From the NCBI GenBank assembly GCA_013824265.1, contig PNNO01000001.1, positions 41,051 through 105,050 of the forward strand: a stretch of DNA of 64,000 nucleotides. Reading direction: 5' to 3'. Shown in pieces: positions 26,715-35,978 of the stretch (position 1 is its first letter; the number at the start of each line of letters is the position of its first letter). Below the pieces are notes generated by a model that made no database searches, was not told where the DNA came from, and was given only the letters and a program-made list of their open reading frames with translations. The DNA comes from a bacterium (GTDB lineage: Bacteria > Patescibacteriota > Gracilibacteria > UBA1369 > PNNO01). The translations under genes were made by a program, and so were the position numbers.

Positions 26715-28991
26715 TTAATCAATCAAAATGTCGCGCGGCTTTGCCCCGTTTGAAGGACCGATAACGCCTTTTTCTTCAAGGATATCCAAAAGTCTGGCAG
26801 CCCTTGCATATCCAACTTTTAATCTTCTTTGCAGTAAAGAGGCTGAAGCTTTTCTGTTTTCCACTATTATTTTCATAGCTTCTTCATACAAATCGTCATC
26901 GTCGGCTCCGGATGAAGAATCGGGAATTCCGTTTAATCTCTGTCCCGCAACACGGGTTGAAATAACTTCATCGTTAAACTCCGGAGCAGAAGTTAACTTA
27001 ACTCTGTTTGTAACTTTTTCAATTTCCTTGCTTGAGACATAAATACCTTGAACACGTGTTGGCTTTGCCTTGCCGCTTGCAAGATAAAGCATGTCTCCTT
27101 TTCCCAAAAGATCTTCAGCTCCAATTCCGTCCAAGATTGTCCTGGAATCAATTGAAGAGCTAACCGCAAAAGCTATTCTTGTAGGGATATTTGCTTTAAT
27201 CAAACCCGTAATAACATCTACCGAAGGCCTTTGTGTAGCTATAACAAGGTGCATTCCAACAGCTCTGGCCATCTGCGCTATTCTGCAGATTGAAGCCTCC
27301 ACTTCTTTTCCGGATGACATCATAAGGTCAGCAAGCTCGTCTATAACAACAACTATCGTGCTCATCTTTTCTTCGATTGCCGGATCAGCGTTGTAATCGG
27401 TTATGTTTCTTTTCGCATTATCAGCGCATCGCTGATACCTTCTGTTCATTTCAGCCACACACCATCTAAGCGCCAATGCGGCCTTTTCAGGGTCATTTAT
27501 AACCGGTGTAAGAAGATGTGGGATGCTGTTGTAGTCTCTAAGTTCAACTTTTTTAGGATCTATAAGAATAAGTTTTAAATCGACCGGCGAATTTTGATAA
27601 AGCAGAGAAAGAAGGAAAGTATTCATTCCCACTGATTTTCCGCTACCTGTTGCACCTGCTATAAGAAGATGTGGCATTTGCTGTAAATCAGCAATAATCG
27701 GCTTACCCGCAACATCTCTACCAAGAGGGAATTTAAGCATTGAATCCCCTTCTTTAAATTCCGCGCTCTCAATAATTTCACGCAAATGAACCGTAGACCT
27801 GTGCTGATTTGGAACTTCTATTCCAACAAGCGATTTACCCGGGATAGGAGCTTCTATACGAATTGAAGGCGCCGCCAAAGCAAGAGCCAAATCGTTTTTC
27901 AAAGAAGTGATTTTTGAAAGTTTTACTCCCTCATCCGGCTTAAGAGTGTACTGAATTACAGTTGGACCAACGTGTATATCCTGCATTGAAACCTGAATAC
28001 CAAACTGCTCCAACTTACTCCTTATAAGCTCGGCATTGCTTGTTAAAACATCATCGTCCGATTCAATTTTTAAAACTTCGCTGTCCAACAAATCAAGTGA
28101 AGGAAATTCCCATTCGGAATAATCCGGATCTTCAACTTCGCTACCAATAGGATGCTTTTCCATCTTAAGAGTTGCTTCGTCCTCAGCTTCCTCAGAATCT
28201 TCATCCTCATTATCATCTTCCGATCCGGCAAATTCGGAAACAACAGTTGGCCTGTTTATCCTTATATTCGTATCTTTTGTACCATATAGAGCTCTTAAAA
28301 CATCGTCGCTGGCAACACTAACATTATCCGCGCTTATATCATCGTTCTCTTCTTCTTCATCATTATCAACTTCTGTCTCCTTTTTATCTCTTTTGGATTC
28401 AACTTTTCTAATTTCCGGTTTAAATATTTTTGCAATCTCGGCCAAAGAAACTTCAAAAGTTAAAAGAATGGAAATAATTCCAAGTGAAACAAAGACCACG
28501 GCAGCTCCAACATTGCCTATATTAAGCCATGCTCTCATAAAAAAGTTCGTAACAAAACCTACATATCCTCCATATTGTCCCAGTCGAGCAACTTCATGAA
28601 GTTTTTCTATCGGAACAGCCAAATGAATAATGCTTAACACCGACACAACCATAAAAGAAATTCCAACTATTTTTGTAATTCCAAAATTAATCGTACGTGC
28701 AAAAAAGAGCATAAATGAAACAAGAAGGAATATCGGAGGAAGAATAAATATTCCCCAGCCAAGAGTAGGATTTAAAAGATCCATCAAAAGATCTCCAATT
28801 ATTCCGAAAGCTCCTTTAATACTAAGAAAAGTAATGGCTGCCAGTGCAAAATAAATTACAGCCCAAATCTCCCTTAGAACAGACTGTTTAACATCAAATC
28901 CGCTGGACGTGGACTTTCTTCTTGTGGCTTTGGATGAAGATATATTGCCGCGTGAAGTTCTCTTAACCTTTCGTGTTCTTCTTTGACCCAT
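26715..28991 (-). CDS. ftsK: DNA translocase FtsK/SpoIIIE
   Basis: The protein has N-terminal TM helices and an acidic linker. The motor has Walker A (IAGATGSGKSV) and VVIDELADLMM. The C-terminal gamma winged helix reads ASASLLQRRLKVGYARAARLLDILEEKG. Confidence 0.93.
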   Translation of the reverse strand: MGQRRTRKVKRTSRGNISSSKATRRKSTSSGFDVKQSVLREIWAVIYFALAAITFLSIKGAFGIIGDLLMDLLNPTLGWGIFILPPIFLLVSFMLFFARTINFGITKIVGISFMVVSVLSIIHLAVPIEKLHEVARLGQYGGYVGFVTNFFMRAWLNIGNVGAAVVFVSLGIISILLTFEVSLAEIAKIFKPEIRKVESKRDKKETEVDNDEEEENDDISADNVSVASDDVLRALYGTKDTNIRINRPTVVSEFAGSEDDNEDEDSEEAEDEATLKMEKHPIGSEVEDPDYSEWEFPSLDLLDSEVLKIESDDDVLTSNAELIRSKLEQFGIQVSMQDIHVGPTVIQYTLKPDEGVKLSKITSLKNDLALALAAPSIRIEAPIPGKSLVGIEVPNQHRSTVHLREIIESAEFKEGDSMLKFPLGRDVAGKPIIADLQQMPHLLIAGATGSGKSVGMNTFLLSLLYQNSPVDLKLILIDPKKVELRDYNSIPHLLTPVINDPEKAALALRWCVAEMNRRYQRCADNAKRNITDYNADPAIEEKMSTIVVVIDELADLMMSSGKEVEASICRIAQMARAVGMHLVIATQRPSVDVITGLIKANIPTRIAFAVSSSIDSRTILDGIGAEDLLGKGDMLYLASGKAKPTRVQGIYVSSKEIEKVTNRVKLTSAPEFNDEVISTRVAGQRLNGIPDSSSGADDDDLYEEAMKIIVENRKASASLLQRRLKVGYARAARLLDILEEKGVIGPSNGAKPRDILID

Positions 28992-29077
28992 AAATGTAGA
29001 ATAATTAGAAGTCGCAGATTAAATTTAGACACAAAACGGCTAAAATTGCAAGCAAGCAACTTACAAATAAACAAAAT

Positions 29078-29107
29078 TTGTCAATTTTGCCGGCCTGCTG
29101 GTATGAT
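29078..29107 (+). promoter_or_regulatory. Putative extended -10 promoter for gltX
   Basis: TTGTCA (29078-29083) is followed by an 18-nt spacer and TGgTATGAT, with TATGAT at 29102-29107. The ORF-track TTG start at 29078 is this -35 element. Confidence 0.45.
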
Positions 29108-29131
29108 ACAAACCGATTTAATAGCACCATT

Positions 29132-30715
29132 ATGATTAGAACTCGATTCGCTCCTTCACCAACGGGATATTTGCATGTTGGAGGCTTACGTACGGCACTT
29201 TACAACTATCTATACGCAAAAAAGAACGATGGTACTTTTATCCTAAGAATAGAAGATACCGATCAAAAACGTTATGTAGAGGGCGCAACGGAGCATTTAA
29301 TGGAAATGATGAACTGGGCGGGACTTAATTACGACGAAGGTCCTGACAAAGAAGGTAAATTTGGACCATACATACAATCTGAAAGAACTGAAACTTACAG
29401 AAAATATGCACAGGAACTTTTGGATAAAAAAGCGGCATACAGATGTTTTTGCACGCAGGAAAGACTTGATGAAATGAGGCTTAATCAGGAGAAACAAAAG
29501 AAAGCACCAATGTACGACAGACACTGTTTATATTTAACGGAAGAGGAAGTACAGAAAAAACTGGACGAAGGAGCTCCTTTTGTAATAAGACAAAAAGTCC
29601 CGTCTTCTGAAGTTGTAAGATTTGATGACAAGATAAGAGGAAAAGTTAGTTTCGCCGGAAATACGATAGACGATCAGGTTTTGATAAAATCAGACGGCTT
29701 TCCTACTTACCACCTTGCAAACGTTGTAGATGATCATCTAATGGAAGTAACACATGTAATCAGAGGAGAAGAATGGCTTCCAAGCACTCCAAAACACATA
29801 CTTCTTTATAAAGCTTTTGGATGGCAGCATCCGGAATTTGCTCATATTCCGCTTCTGTTAAACAAAGACAGAAGTAAATTAAGCAAAAGACAGGGAGATG
29901 TATCTGTTGAAGAGTACATAAAAAAAGGCTATTCAAAGGAAGCAATAATAAACTTTATAGCTTTCCTTGGCTGGCATCCCGGAGGAGCCGAGGAGAACGA
30001 AATATTCACTCTTGAAGACTTAAGCTCTCAATTCACGCTTGAGAAAGTGCACAAAGCGGGAGCAATTTTTGATATTGAAAAACTTGAATGGTTTAACTGG
30101 CAATGGAACAGAAAGAGATATCATGAGAAATTAAGCGCCATAGCAAAAGAAATTGACCCAAAAGTGTTAATAGAAAACCCTAAAAAGGGAGAGTTTATTT
30201 ATACTTTTGATGATAAGAAAAATCAATCGGCTTTCTCTCGAAAAAAAGCTGAAACATTGCTTGAGATATGCAAAGATTACATTGATGAAAAGTACAAAAA
30301 CGATGAAGATATTTTGAATAAAACACTTGTCACGGTTGAAGAAAAAATATTAAGAAATCCGAAGGAAATAAACGAGAATATAAGCTTTTATTTTGGAATC
30401 GGAGAATATGAAAAAGAGCTACTTACACACGAAAAAATGAAGGTTGATTTTGAAATGGCAAAGACTGCCCTGGAAAAATCATTGGAAGTACTTGAAGATC
30501 TTGATGATTTTGATTCTGAAGGTAAAATACAGGAAGTTTTACTTAAATTGGTAGAAAAACTTGGAGTCAAAAACGGTCAAATTTTATGGCCGATTAGATC
30601 CGCACTTACCGGACTTCAGTTTTCTCCCGGAGTATTCGAAATTATAAGCGTACTTGGAAAAGAAGAAACCCTGAATCGCATAAAGAAGGGACTTTCAAAG
30701 CTTGAAAATCAATAA
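29132..30715 (+). CDS. gltX: Glutamyl-tRNA synthetase
   Basis: The product begins MIRTRFAPSPTGYLHVGGLRTALYNY (HIGH region). The KMSKS-type motif is present as SKLSKRQG. Confidence 0.92.
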   Translation: MIRTRFAPSPTGYLHVGGLRTALYNYLYAKKNDGTFILRIEDTDQKRYVEGATEHLMEMMNWAGLNYDEGPDKEGKFGPYIQSERTETYRKYAQELLDKKAAYRCFCTQERLDEMRLNQEKQKKAPMYDRHCLYLTEEEVQKKLDEGAPFVIRQKVPSSEVVRFDDKIRGKVSFAGNTIDDQVLIKSDGFPTYHLANVVDDHLMEVTHVIRGEEWLPSTPKHILLYKAFGWQHPEFAHIPLLLNKDRSKLSKRQGDVSVEEYIKKGYSKEAIINFIAFLGWHPGGAEENEIFTLEDLSSQFTLEKVHKAGAIFDIEKLEWFNWQWNRKRYHEKLSAIAKEIDPKVLIENPKKGEFIYTFDDKKNQSAFSRKKAETLLEICKDYIDEKYKNDEDILNKTLVTVEEKILRNPKEINENISFYFGIGEYEKELLTHEKMKVDFEMAKTALEKSLEVLEDLDDFDSEGKIQEVLLKLVEKLGVKNGQILWPIRSALTGLQFSPGVFEIISVLGKEETLNRIKKGLSKLENQ

Positions 30716-30756
30716 TCTCGGGGGTAATATATTAACCACATCGAAAATATAAAAAT

Positions 30757-31053
30757 ATGAACTACGAAGATTTAAAAGAATTGGTGCGATACCTAAAGAA
30801 GGTAACAAAATGCTCCGAATGTAACAGCCATTTTGTTAATGACGACATATCCGTATTGGCAACAATACCGCTGGAAGCCATATTTCAGTTAAACTGCCAA
30901 AAGTGCAGCAATACAATGCTTGTAAATATAGGCATAAAACACGAAAGAGACCACCGGGCAATTGTAACGGAGCAGGACGTAAAAGAAATGCATAACTTTC
31001 TGGATAACTTTAATGGAGATTTCAAAGGCCTTTTTAATCACTCAAAAAAATAA
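30757..31053 (+). CDS. Hypothetical zinc-ribbon protein
   Basis: The 98-aa product has two CxxC pairs (CSECNSHF ... CQKCSNTM). I recognise no family. Confidence 0.5.
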   Translation: MNYEDLKELVRYLKKVTKCSECNSHFVNDDISVLATIPLEAIFQLNCQKCSNTMLVNIGIKHERDHRAIVTEQDVKEMHNFLDNFNGDFKGLFNHSKK

Positions 31054-31055
31054 CC

Positions 31056-31328
31056 ATGAAAAAAACACTTATCACAACCATAATCGCCATTTGTTTAATG
31101 GGATTTACGGGATGCGCAGAGGCAAATGAACTTGCGAACGATGCTACAAATTCATTCAACAACCTTAAAGAAGGAGTAACCGAGGTAAAAGAAAATGTAG
31201 ATAATACGGTTAATACCGTTAAAGATGGAGTAAACACAGTAAAAGAAACCGCTGAAAATGTTGGAGACACTGTTAATAAGGTAAACGACGCTACAAAAAG
31301 CGTTTCAAATCTAACGAATAATGAATAA
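31056..31328 (+). CDS. Small lipoprotein with repetitive Val/Asn/Lys/Thr helical repeats
   Basis: A lipobox is present (LMGFTGC). The mature part is repetitive (VKENVDNTVNTVKDGVNTVKETAENVGDTVNKVND). Confidence 0.55.
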   Translation: MKKTLITTIIAICLMGFTGCAEANELANDATNSFNNLKEGVTEVKENVDNTVNTVKDGVNTVKETAENVGDTVNKVNDATKSVSNLTNNE

Positions 31329-32175
31329 ATATAAAGTACAATTTCATGCTCACACGGGAAGCGATCCTTCCGATTGCATATTCCATAGTGACAAGGATCT
31401 TATAGATCGTGCGGCACATCACAATTATGATGTACTGGCTATTACATGCCATGATAAAGTTGTCCACACTGAAGAACTTAAAGAATATGCGGCGGGAAAA
31501 GGCATATTGCTAATTTCCGGAATCGAAAAAACAGTTAGTGGAAATCACGTGGTCATTGTAAATGCAACAATGGAAATTGAATCGGTTAAAACCTTTAAGG
31601 ATCTTGAGATTTATAAACAGAAAAATCCGGATTCTCTTATATTTGCACCACATCCGTACCATCCTTTGCCAATAAGCGTAGTAAGCCTTGGAAAAAATCT
31701 TGATAAAAATATCCATCTTTTCGATGCAATAGAATGGAGTTGTTTTCATACAAAACACTTCAAATTTAACGCCAAAGCACAAAAAAAAGCTGCCGAATTT
31801 GGACTTCCAATGATAGCAACCGGAGACAATCATGCACTTAGGTACCTTGATTACACATACTCCATTGTTAACGCGCCAAGCAAAACGGTAAAAAACATTA
31901 TAAATGCTATAAAAAAAGGTGATCTTGAAATAAAAACAAGACCAATGAACTTTATGATGCTTGCAGGCATGACTGGGAGACTTTTAGTTTTGGAATATTT
32001 AAGGAAACTTTACAAATTTATCTTCAGGACCAAGGCGCAAAAAAAGACTGTCGAATTTGGAACACCAAAATACCTTGATCACACTTATTCGATTATTAGG
32101 GCCACAAGCAAAACCGTACATGGCATTATAAATGCGGTAAAAAGAGGTGAATTCAGATCAAAACAAAGCCAATAA
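31321..32175 (+). CDS. PHP-domain metal-dependent phosphoesterase with a duplicated C-terminal segment
   Basis: PHP motifs are present (QFHAHTGSDPSD, ITCHD, FAPHPYH, ATGDNH). The C-terminal extension repeats residues about 152-205 in degenerate form. Confidence 0.75.
   Translation: MNKYKVQFHAHTGSDPSDCIFHSDKDLIDRAAHHNYDVLAITCHDKVVHTEELKEYAAGKGILLISGIEKTVSGNHVVIVNATMEIESVKTFKDLEIYKQKNPDSLIFAPHPYHPLPISVVSLGKNLDKNIHLFDAIEWSCFHTKHFKFNAKAQKKAAEFGLPMIATGDNHALRYLDYTYSIVNAPSKTVKNIINAIKKGDLEIKTRPMNFMMLAGMTGRLLVLEYLRKLYKFIFRTKAQKKTVEFGTPKYLDHTYSIIRATSKTVHGIINAVKRGEFRSKQSQ
31774..31935 (+). repeat. Copy 1 of an intragenic duplication within the PHP gene
   Basis: This copy encodes KAQKKAAEFGLPMIATGDNHALRYLDYTYSIVNAPSKTVKNIINAIKKGDLEIK. 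Confidence 0.7.
32032..32160 (+). repeat. Copy 2 (degenerate, with an internal deletion) of the intragenic duplication within the PHP gene
   Basis: This copy encodes KAQKKTVEFGTPKYLDHTYSIIRATSKTVHGIINAVKRGEFRS. It lacks the MIATGDNHALR metal-site segment. Confidence 0.7.
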
Positions 32176-32202
32176 ACTCCCCTTTTGACCAGCTTTTATA
32201 CA

Positions 32203-32231
32203 CTGTTCTAAAAGGCCTTTTTGTGATATAA
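32203..32231 (+). promoter_or_regulatory. Putative extended -10 promoter for the pta-ackA-AMP salvage block
   Basis: The element is TGaTATAAT, with TATAAT at 32226-32231. The -35 (TGTTCT at 32203-32208) is weak. It lies about 30 nt upstream of the ATG at 32263. Confidence 0.35.
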
Positions 32232-32262
32232 TCATAAGAGAAAAAAATAATAGAAAAACAAA

Positions 32263-33276
32263 ATGAAAAATTTCATAAAGCACATAAAAGGCTTGGCAAA
32301 GAAAAATCCGCAAAGAGTGGTCTTGCCGGAAGGCTTTGAACCGCGTGTTTTGCAAGCCGCGGCAAAGGTATTAAAGGAAAAAACCGCAGTACCAATTCTG
32401 ATCGGCAACAAGGACCAGATAAGGGAAATCTGTAAGAAGGAAGGGATAAAACTTCCTATAGAAAAAATTGAGATAGTGGATCCCAAATCAAAGAAAAGAG
32501 AATTTTATGCGGAAAAATTTTATGAAATGAGAAAAGATAAAGGCGTAACAAAGGATCAAGCCTTAAAAATTGTTGAAGATTTCAACTATTTTGGAACAAT
32601 GATGGTTCAGCTGGATGAAGCGGACGGAATGGTTTCCGGAACCACATATTCAACGGCTGAAACAATAAGACCGGCTCTGCAGATAATAAAAACAAAAGAA
32701 AAATTTCACAAAGTTTCAGGTGTGTTCTTTCTTGTTCTGGAAAACAAACTTTTGCTTTTTGCTGATACCGCAGTTGTTATAGAGCCAAACTCATACGAAC
32801 TTGCGGACATAGCAATTGATACAGCAGAGACTGCAAAAAAGTTCTGCCTTGAGCCAAAAATAGCAATGCTTTCATTTTCAACAGCGGGATCGGCAAATCA
32901 TCCAAACGTAGACAAGGTAAGAGAAGCCACCGCAATGGTTAAAGCACAGCATCCCGAGCTTATAATTGACGGTGAAATGCAAGTTGATGCGGCATTAGTT
33001 CCGGAGGTTTCAAAAAGAAAGTTTCCGAATTCGGCACTTAAAGGAGATGCAAATATACTTATTTTCCCAAGTCTTGAAGCGGGAAACATAGCATACAAAC
33101 TTGTGGAAAGACTTGCAGGAGCAAAAGCAATAGGTCCGATACTTCAAGGCTTAAGAAAGCCGATAAATGATCTATCAAGAGGATGCAGTTACAAAGATAT
33201 AGCTAATCTTGTGGCATTTAATTCAATTTTGGCGCTCGACGAAGAAGTACCATGTCACCATCTAAAAAAACTTTAA
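32263..33276 (+). CDS. pta: Phosphate acetyltransferase (PTA_PTB domain only)
   Basis: The product starts with a typical Pta catalytic domain (RVVLPEGFEPRVLQAAAKV). It also contains GMVSGTTYSTAETIRPALQII and ends with KDIANLVAF. Confidence 0.9.
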   Translation: MKNFIKHIKGLAKKNPQRVVLPEGFEPRVLQAAAKVLKEKTAVPILIGNKDQIREICKKEGIKLPIEKIEIVDPKSKKREFYAEKFYEMRKDKGVTKDQALKIVEDFNYFGTMMVQLDEADGMVSGTTYSTAETIRPALQIIKTKEKFHKVSGVFFLVLENKLLLFADTAVVIEPNSYELADIAIDTAETAKKFCLEPKIAMLSFSTAGSANHPNVDKVREATAMVKAQHPELIIDGEMQVDAALVPEVSKRKFPNSALKGDANILIFPSLEAGNIAYKLVERLAGAKAIGPILQGLRKPINDLSRGCSYKDIANLVAFNSILALDEEVPCHHLKKL

Positions 33277-33286
33277 GACCTTAAGC

Positions 33287-34465
33287 GTGAATATACTAAT
33301 CGTAAATGCAGGCTCGTCATCACTTAAATTTCAGCTTATAAAAGCTGATGAAACTTTTGAAACACTTTACGAAGGAATTGTAGACGGAATTGGAAGGGCA
33401 TCATGTTTTTTTACCGCATCGGCAGGAACAAAATCGGTAACCTACAAAAAACGAATTCCCGATCATGCCAAAGCTTTAAACGAAGCGGTAAGTATTTTAT
33501 TTGAATTTGGAGTTATAAAAAGTCTAAAAGAAATTGATGCTGTCGGTCACAGGGTTGTTCACGGCGGAGAAAAATATACAAAAGCAACAAAACTAACAGT
33601 GCCCGTAGTAAGAAATATAGAAGCAATAGCTGAACTTGCACCGCTTCATAATCCCGCAAACCTACAGGGAATATATGCCTCAATGGAAATAATAACTCAT
33701 GCTCCGCACATAGCGATTTTTGATACCGCATTTCACCAAACACTTCCGGAAAAAGCCTACAAATACGCTTTACCTGAAGACTGGTACAAAGATTACCACA
33801 TAAGAAAATATGGATTTCATGGTACGAATCACAAATATATTGCACATCAGACTTATACACTCATTGGAAAAAACAAAGGAAAAATTATCACATGCCACTT
33901 GGGAAATGGCTCAAGTATAAGCGCCATAAAAGACAATGTTTGCGTTGAAACAAGCATGGGATTTACACCGCTCGAAGGAATTCCGATGGGAACACGAAGC
34001 GGATCAATCGATCCGGCAATTCCCCTATACATGATGGACAAATTAAAAATCGATTCAAAAAAAATGGATACGATACTTAATAAAAATTCTGGAATTTTAG
34101 CGATAAGCGACTTAAGTTCGGATGTTCGTGATATCTGGGAAAGAGCTCAAAAAAACAATAAAAAAGCACTCTATACTCTTGAAAAACTGGCGTATGAAAT
34201 AGCGCTTAAAATTGGGGCTTATGCTGCAGCCATGGATGGACTTGATGCAATTACATTTACAGCCGGCATAGGAGAAAATGCATGGTATTTAAGAAGGGAT
34301 ATTTGTTCTTACCTCAATCATTTGGGGGTTAAATTGGACAGTAGAAAAAATCGTTCAAATGCAGCGCAAATCCAAGATGAAGAAAGCAAAGTTAAAATAT
34401 TCGTAATAAAGGCCAACGAAGGAAAACAAATGGCCCGTGAAGTGTTTAATTTTTTAAATAAATAA
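33287..34465 (+). CDS. ackA: Acetate kinase
   Basis: The start is GTG. The product contains ILIVNAGSSSLKFQL, VGHRVVHGG, FDTAFHQTLP and GFHGTNHKY. Confidence 0.93.
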   Translation: MNILIVNAGSSSLKFQLIKADETFETLYEGIVDGIGRASCFFTASAGTKSVTYKKRIPDHAKALNEAVSILFEFGVIKSLKEIDAVGHRVVHGGEKYTKATKLTVPVVRNIEAIAELAPLHNPANLQGIYASMEIITHAPHIAIFDTAFHQTLPEKAYKYALPEDWYKDYHIRKYGFHGTNHKYIAHQTYTLIGKNKGKIITCHLGNGSSISAIKDNVCVETSMGFTPLEGIPMGTRSGSIDPAIPLYMMDKLKIDSKKMDTILNKNSGILAISDLSSDVRDIWERAQKNNKKALYTLEKLAYEIALKIGAYAAAMDGLDAITFTAGIGENAWYLRRDICSYLNHLGVKLDSRKNRSNAAQIQDEESKVKIFVIKANEGKQMAREVFNFLNK

Positions 34466-34481
34466 AATAACCCATAAAATC

Positions 34482-35969
34482 ATGAATTCTTTCAAACCAA
34501 AGAAGATACCTATCCGCATTGGAAATAGATATGTCGCAATTTTGAATGAAAAGATGGCAAAAGAAATTGATGTAAGAGCATCGGAAAGGATAGACCTTAT
34601 TGTTGGCAAAAAAGAACTTACCGCACTTGTCGACGTAACTGGAAATCATGACTTAAAAGATAATGAAATTGGTTTGTTCGCTGAGACATGGGACAAACTT
34701 GGAATAAAATCAACTGATAAAATTCATGTTAAAATTTCTCCAAAACCTGAATCAGATAAATACATAAAAGAAAAACTTGAAGGCAAAGAATTGAATCAAA
34801 AGGAAATAGATGCAATTGTGAAAGACATCGTAAATGATGATTTGTCCGATATTGAAATGACTTACTTTGTAGCAGGATGTTTTACAAGAGGTCTTTCGGA
34901 CAAAGAAACTGCAGATTTAACAAGAGCGATAGTAAAACACGGAGGACAGATTACTTTTAAAGACAAAATAGTAATGGACAAACATTGTATAGGCGGAGTT
35001 CCGGGAAACAGAACCACTATGATTGTTGTTCCGATGATTACCGCTTTGGGCTATACAATGCCAAAAACATCATCAAGAGCGATTACAAGTCCTTCAGGTA
35101 CCGCAGATACAATGGAGGTTGTTGCAAACGTAGTAAATGATGTTAAAAAATTGAAGAAAATCGCCAACGATGTTGGCGGGTTTATAACATGGGGAGGCGG
35201 GGTTGATCTTGCCGCAGCAGATGACAAACTAATCAGAGTAAGATATCCATTAAAACTTGATCCTGAGGGTATGCTCTTGGCATCAATTATGGCGAAAAAG
35301 TATTCGGTATCTTCAACACACGTGCTTATAGATATTCCGGTAGGCCCTCAAGGTAAAGTAAAAACAACAAAAGAAGCCAACAATCTTAAGAAAAGATTTC
35401 TTCGCATCGCAAAAATGCTTGGAATGAAAATGAAAGTTGTTATAACAAGCGCGGCACAACCTATAGGATACGGCATTGGCCCACTGCTTGAAGTTGAAGA
35501 CGTAATAAAAGTCTTAAAAAATGAGCATGATGCCCCTAAGGATCTAAGGGATAAAGCAATCATGCTTACAACCGAACTTTTATTCCTTACCGGGAAATAT
35601 AGCTTAAAATACAGCGCAAAAAAGGCCGCTACAAACGTTTTGAAATCCGGAAAAGCATGGGAGCAGTTTCAAAGAATAGTAAAAGCTCAAGGGAAGAAAA
35701 AAATGCCTAAACGCGGTGAGCATACATTTATTGTGCGCGCAGGAAAAGATGGGCGCATAAGTGAAATTCAGAACAAACTTGTCGCCAATATAGCAAGAAC
35801 CGCAGGTGCGCCTCAAGATCCGGGAGCAGGTGTTTACACGCATAAAAAGCTCGGCCAAAAGGTAAAAAAAGGCGAAGCACTATTTACAGTTTACGCTTAC
35901 AATAAAACTCGCATAGATCAGGTAAAAGAAATGGAATATAAAGAAGTTTATATAATAAAAAACCGTTAA
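34482..35969 (+). CDS. AMP phosphorylase (archaeal-type thymidine phosphorylase family, with an N-terminal extension domain)
   Basis: The protein is about 495 aa. An N-terminal domain of roughly 85 aa precedes the glycosyltransferase-3 core (HCIGGVPGNRTTMIVVPM, TSSRAITSPSGTADTME), as in Thermococcus-type AMP phosphorylase. Confidence 0.8.
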   Translation: MNSFKPKKIPIRIGNRYVAILNEKMAKEIDVRASERIDLIVGKKELTALVDVTGNHDLKDNEIGLFAETWDKLGIKSTDKIHVKISPKPESDKYIKEKLEGKELNQKEIDAIVKDIVNDDLSDIEMTYFVAGCFTRGLSDKETADLTRAIVKHGGQITFKDKIVMDKHCIGGVPGNRTTMIVVPMITALGYTMPKTSSRAITSPSGTADTMEVVANVVNDVKKLKKIANDVGGFITWGGGVDLAAADDKLIRVRYPLKLDPEGMLLASIMAKKYSVSSTHVLIDIPVGPQGKVKTTKEANNLKKRFLRIAKMLGMKMKVVITSAAQPIGYGIGPLLEVEDVIKVLKNEHDAPKDLRDKAIMLTTELLFLTGKYSLKYSAKKAATNVLKSGKAWEQFQRIVKAQGKKKMPKRGEHTFIVRAGKDGRISEIQNKLVANIARTAGAPQDPGAGVYTHKKLGQKVKKGEALFTVYAYNKTRIDQVKEMEYKEVYIIKNR

Positions 35970-35978
35970 CTTTAAAAC

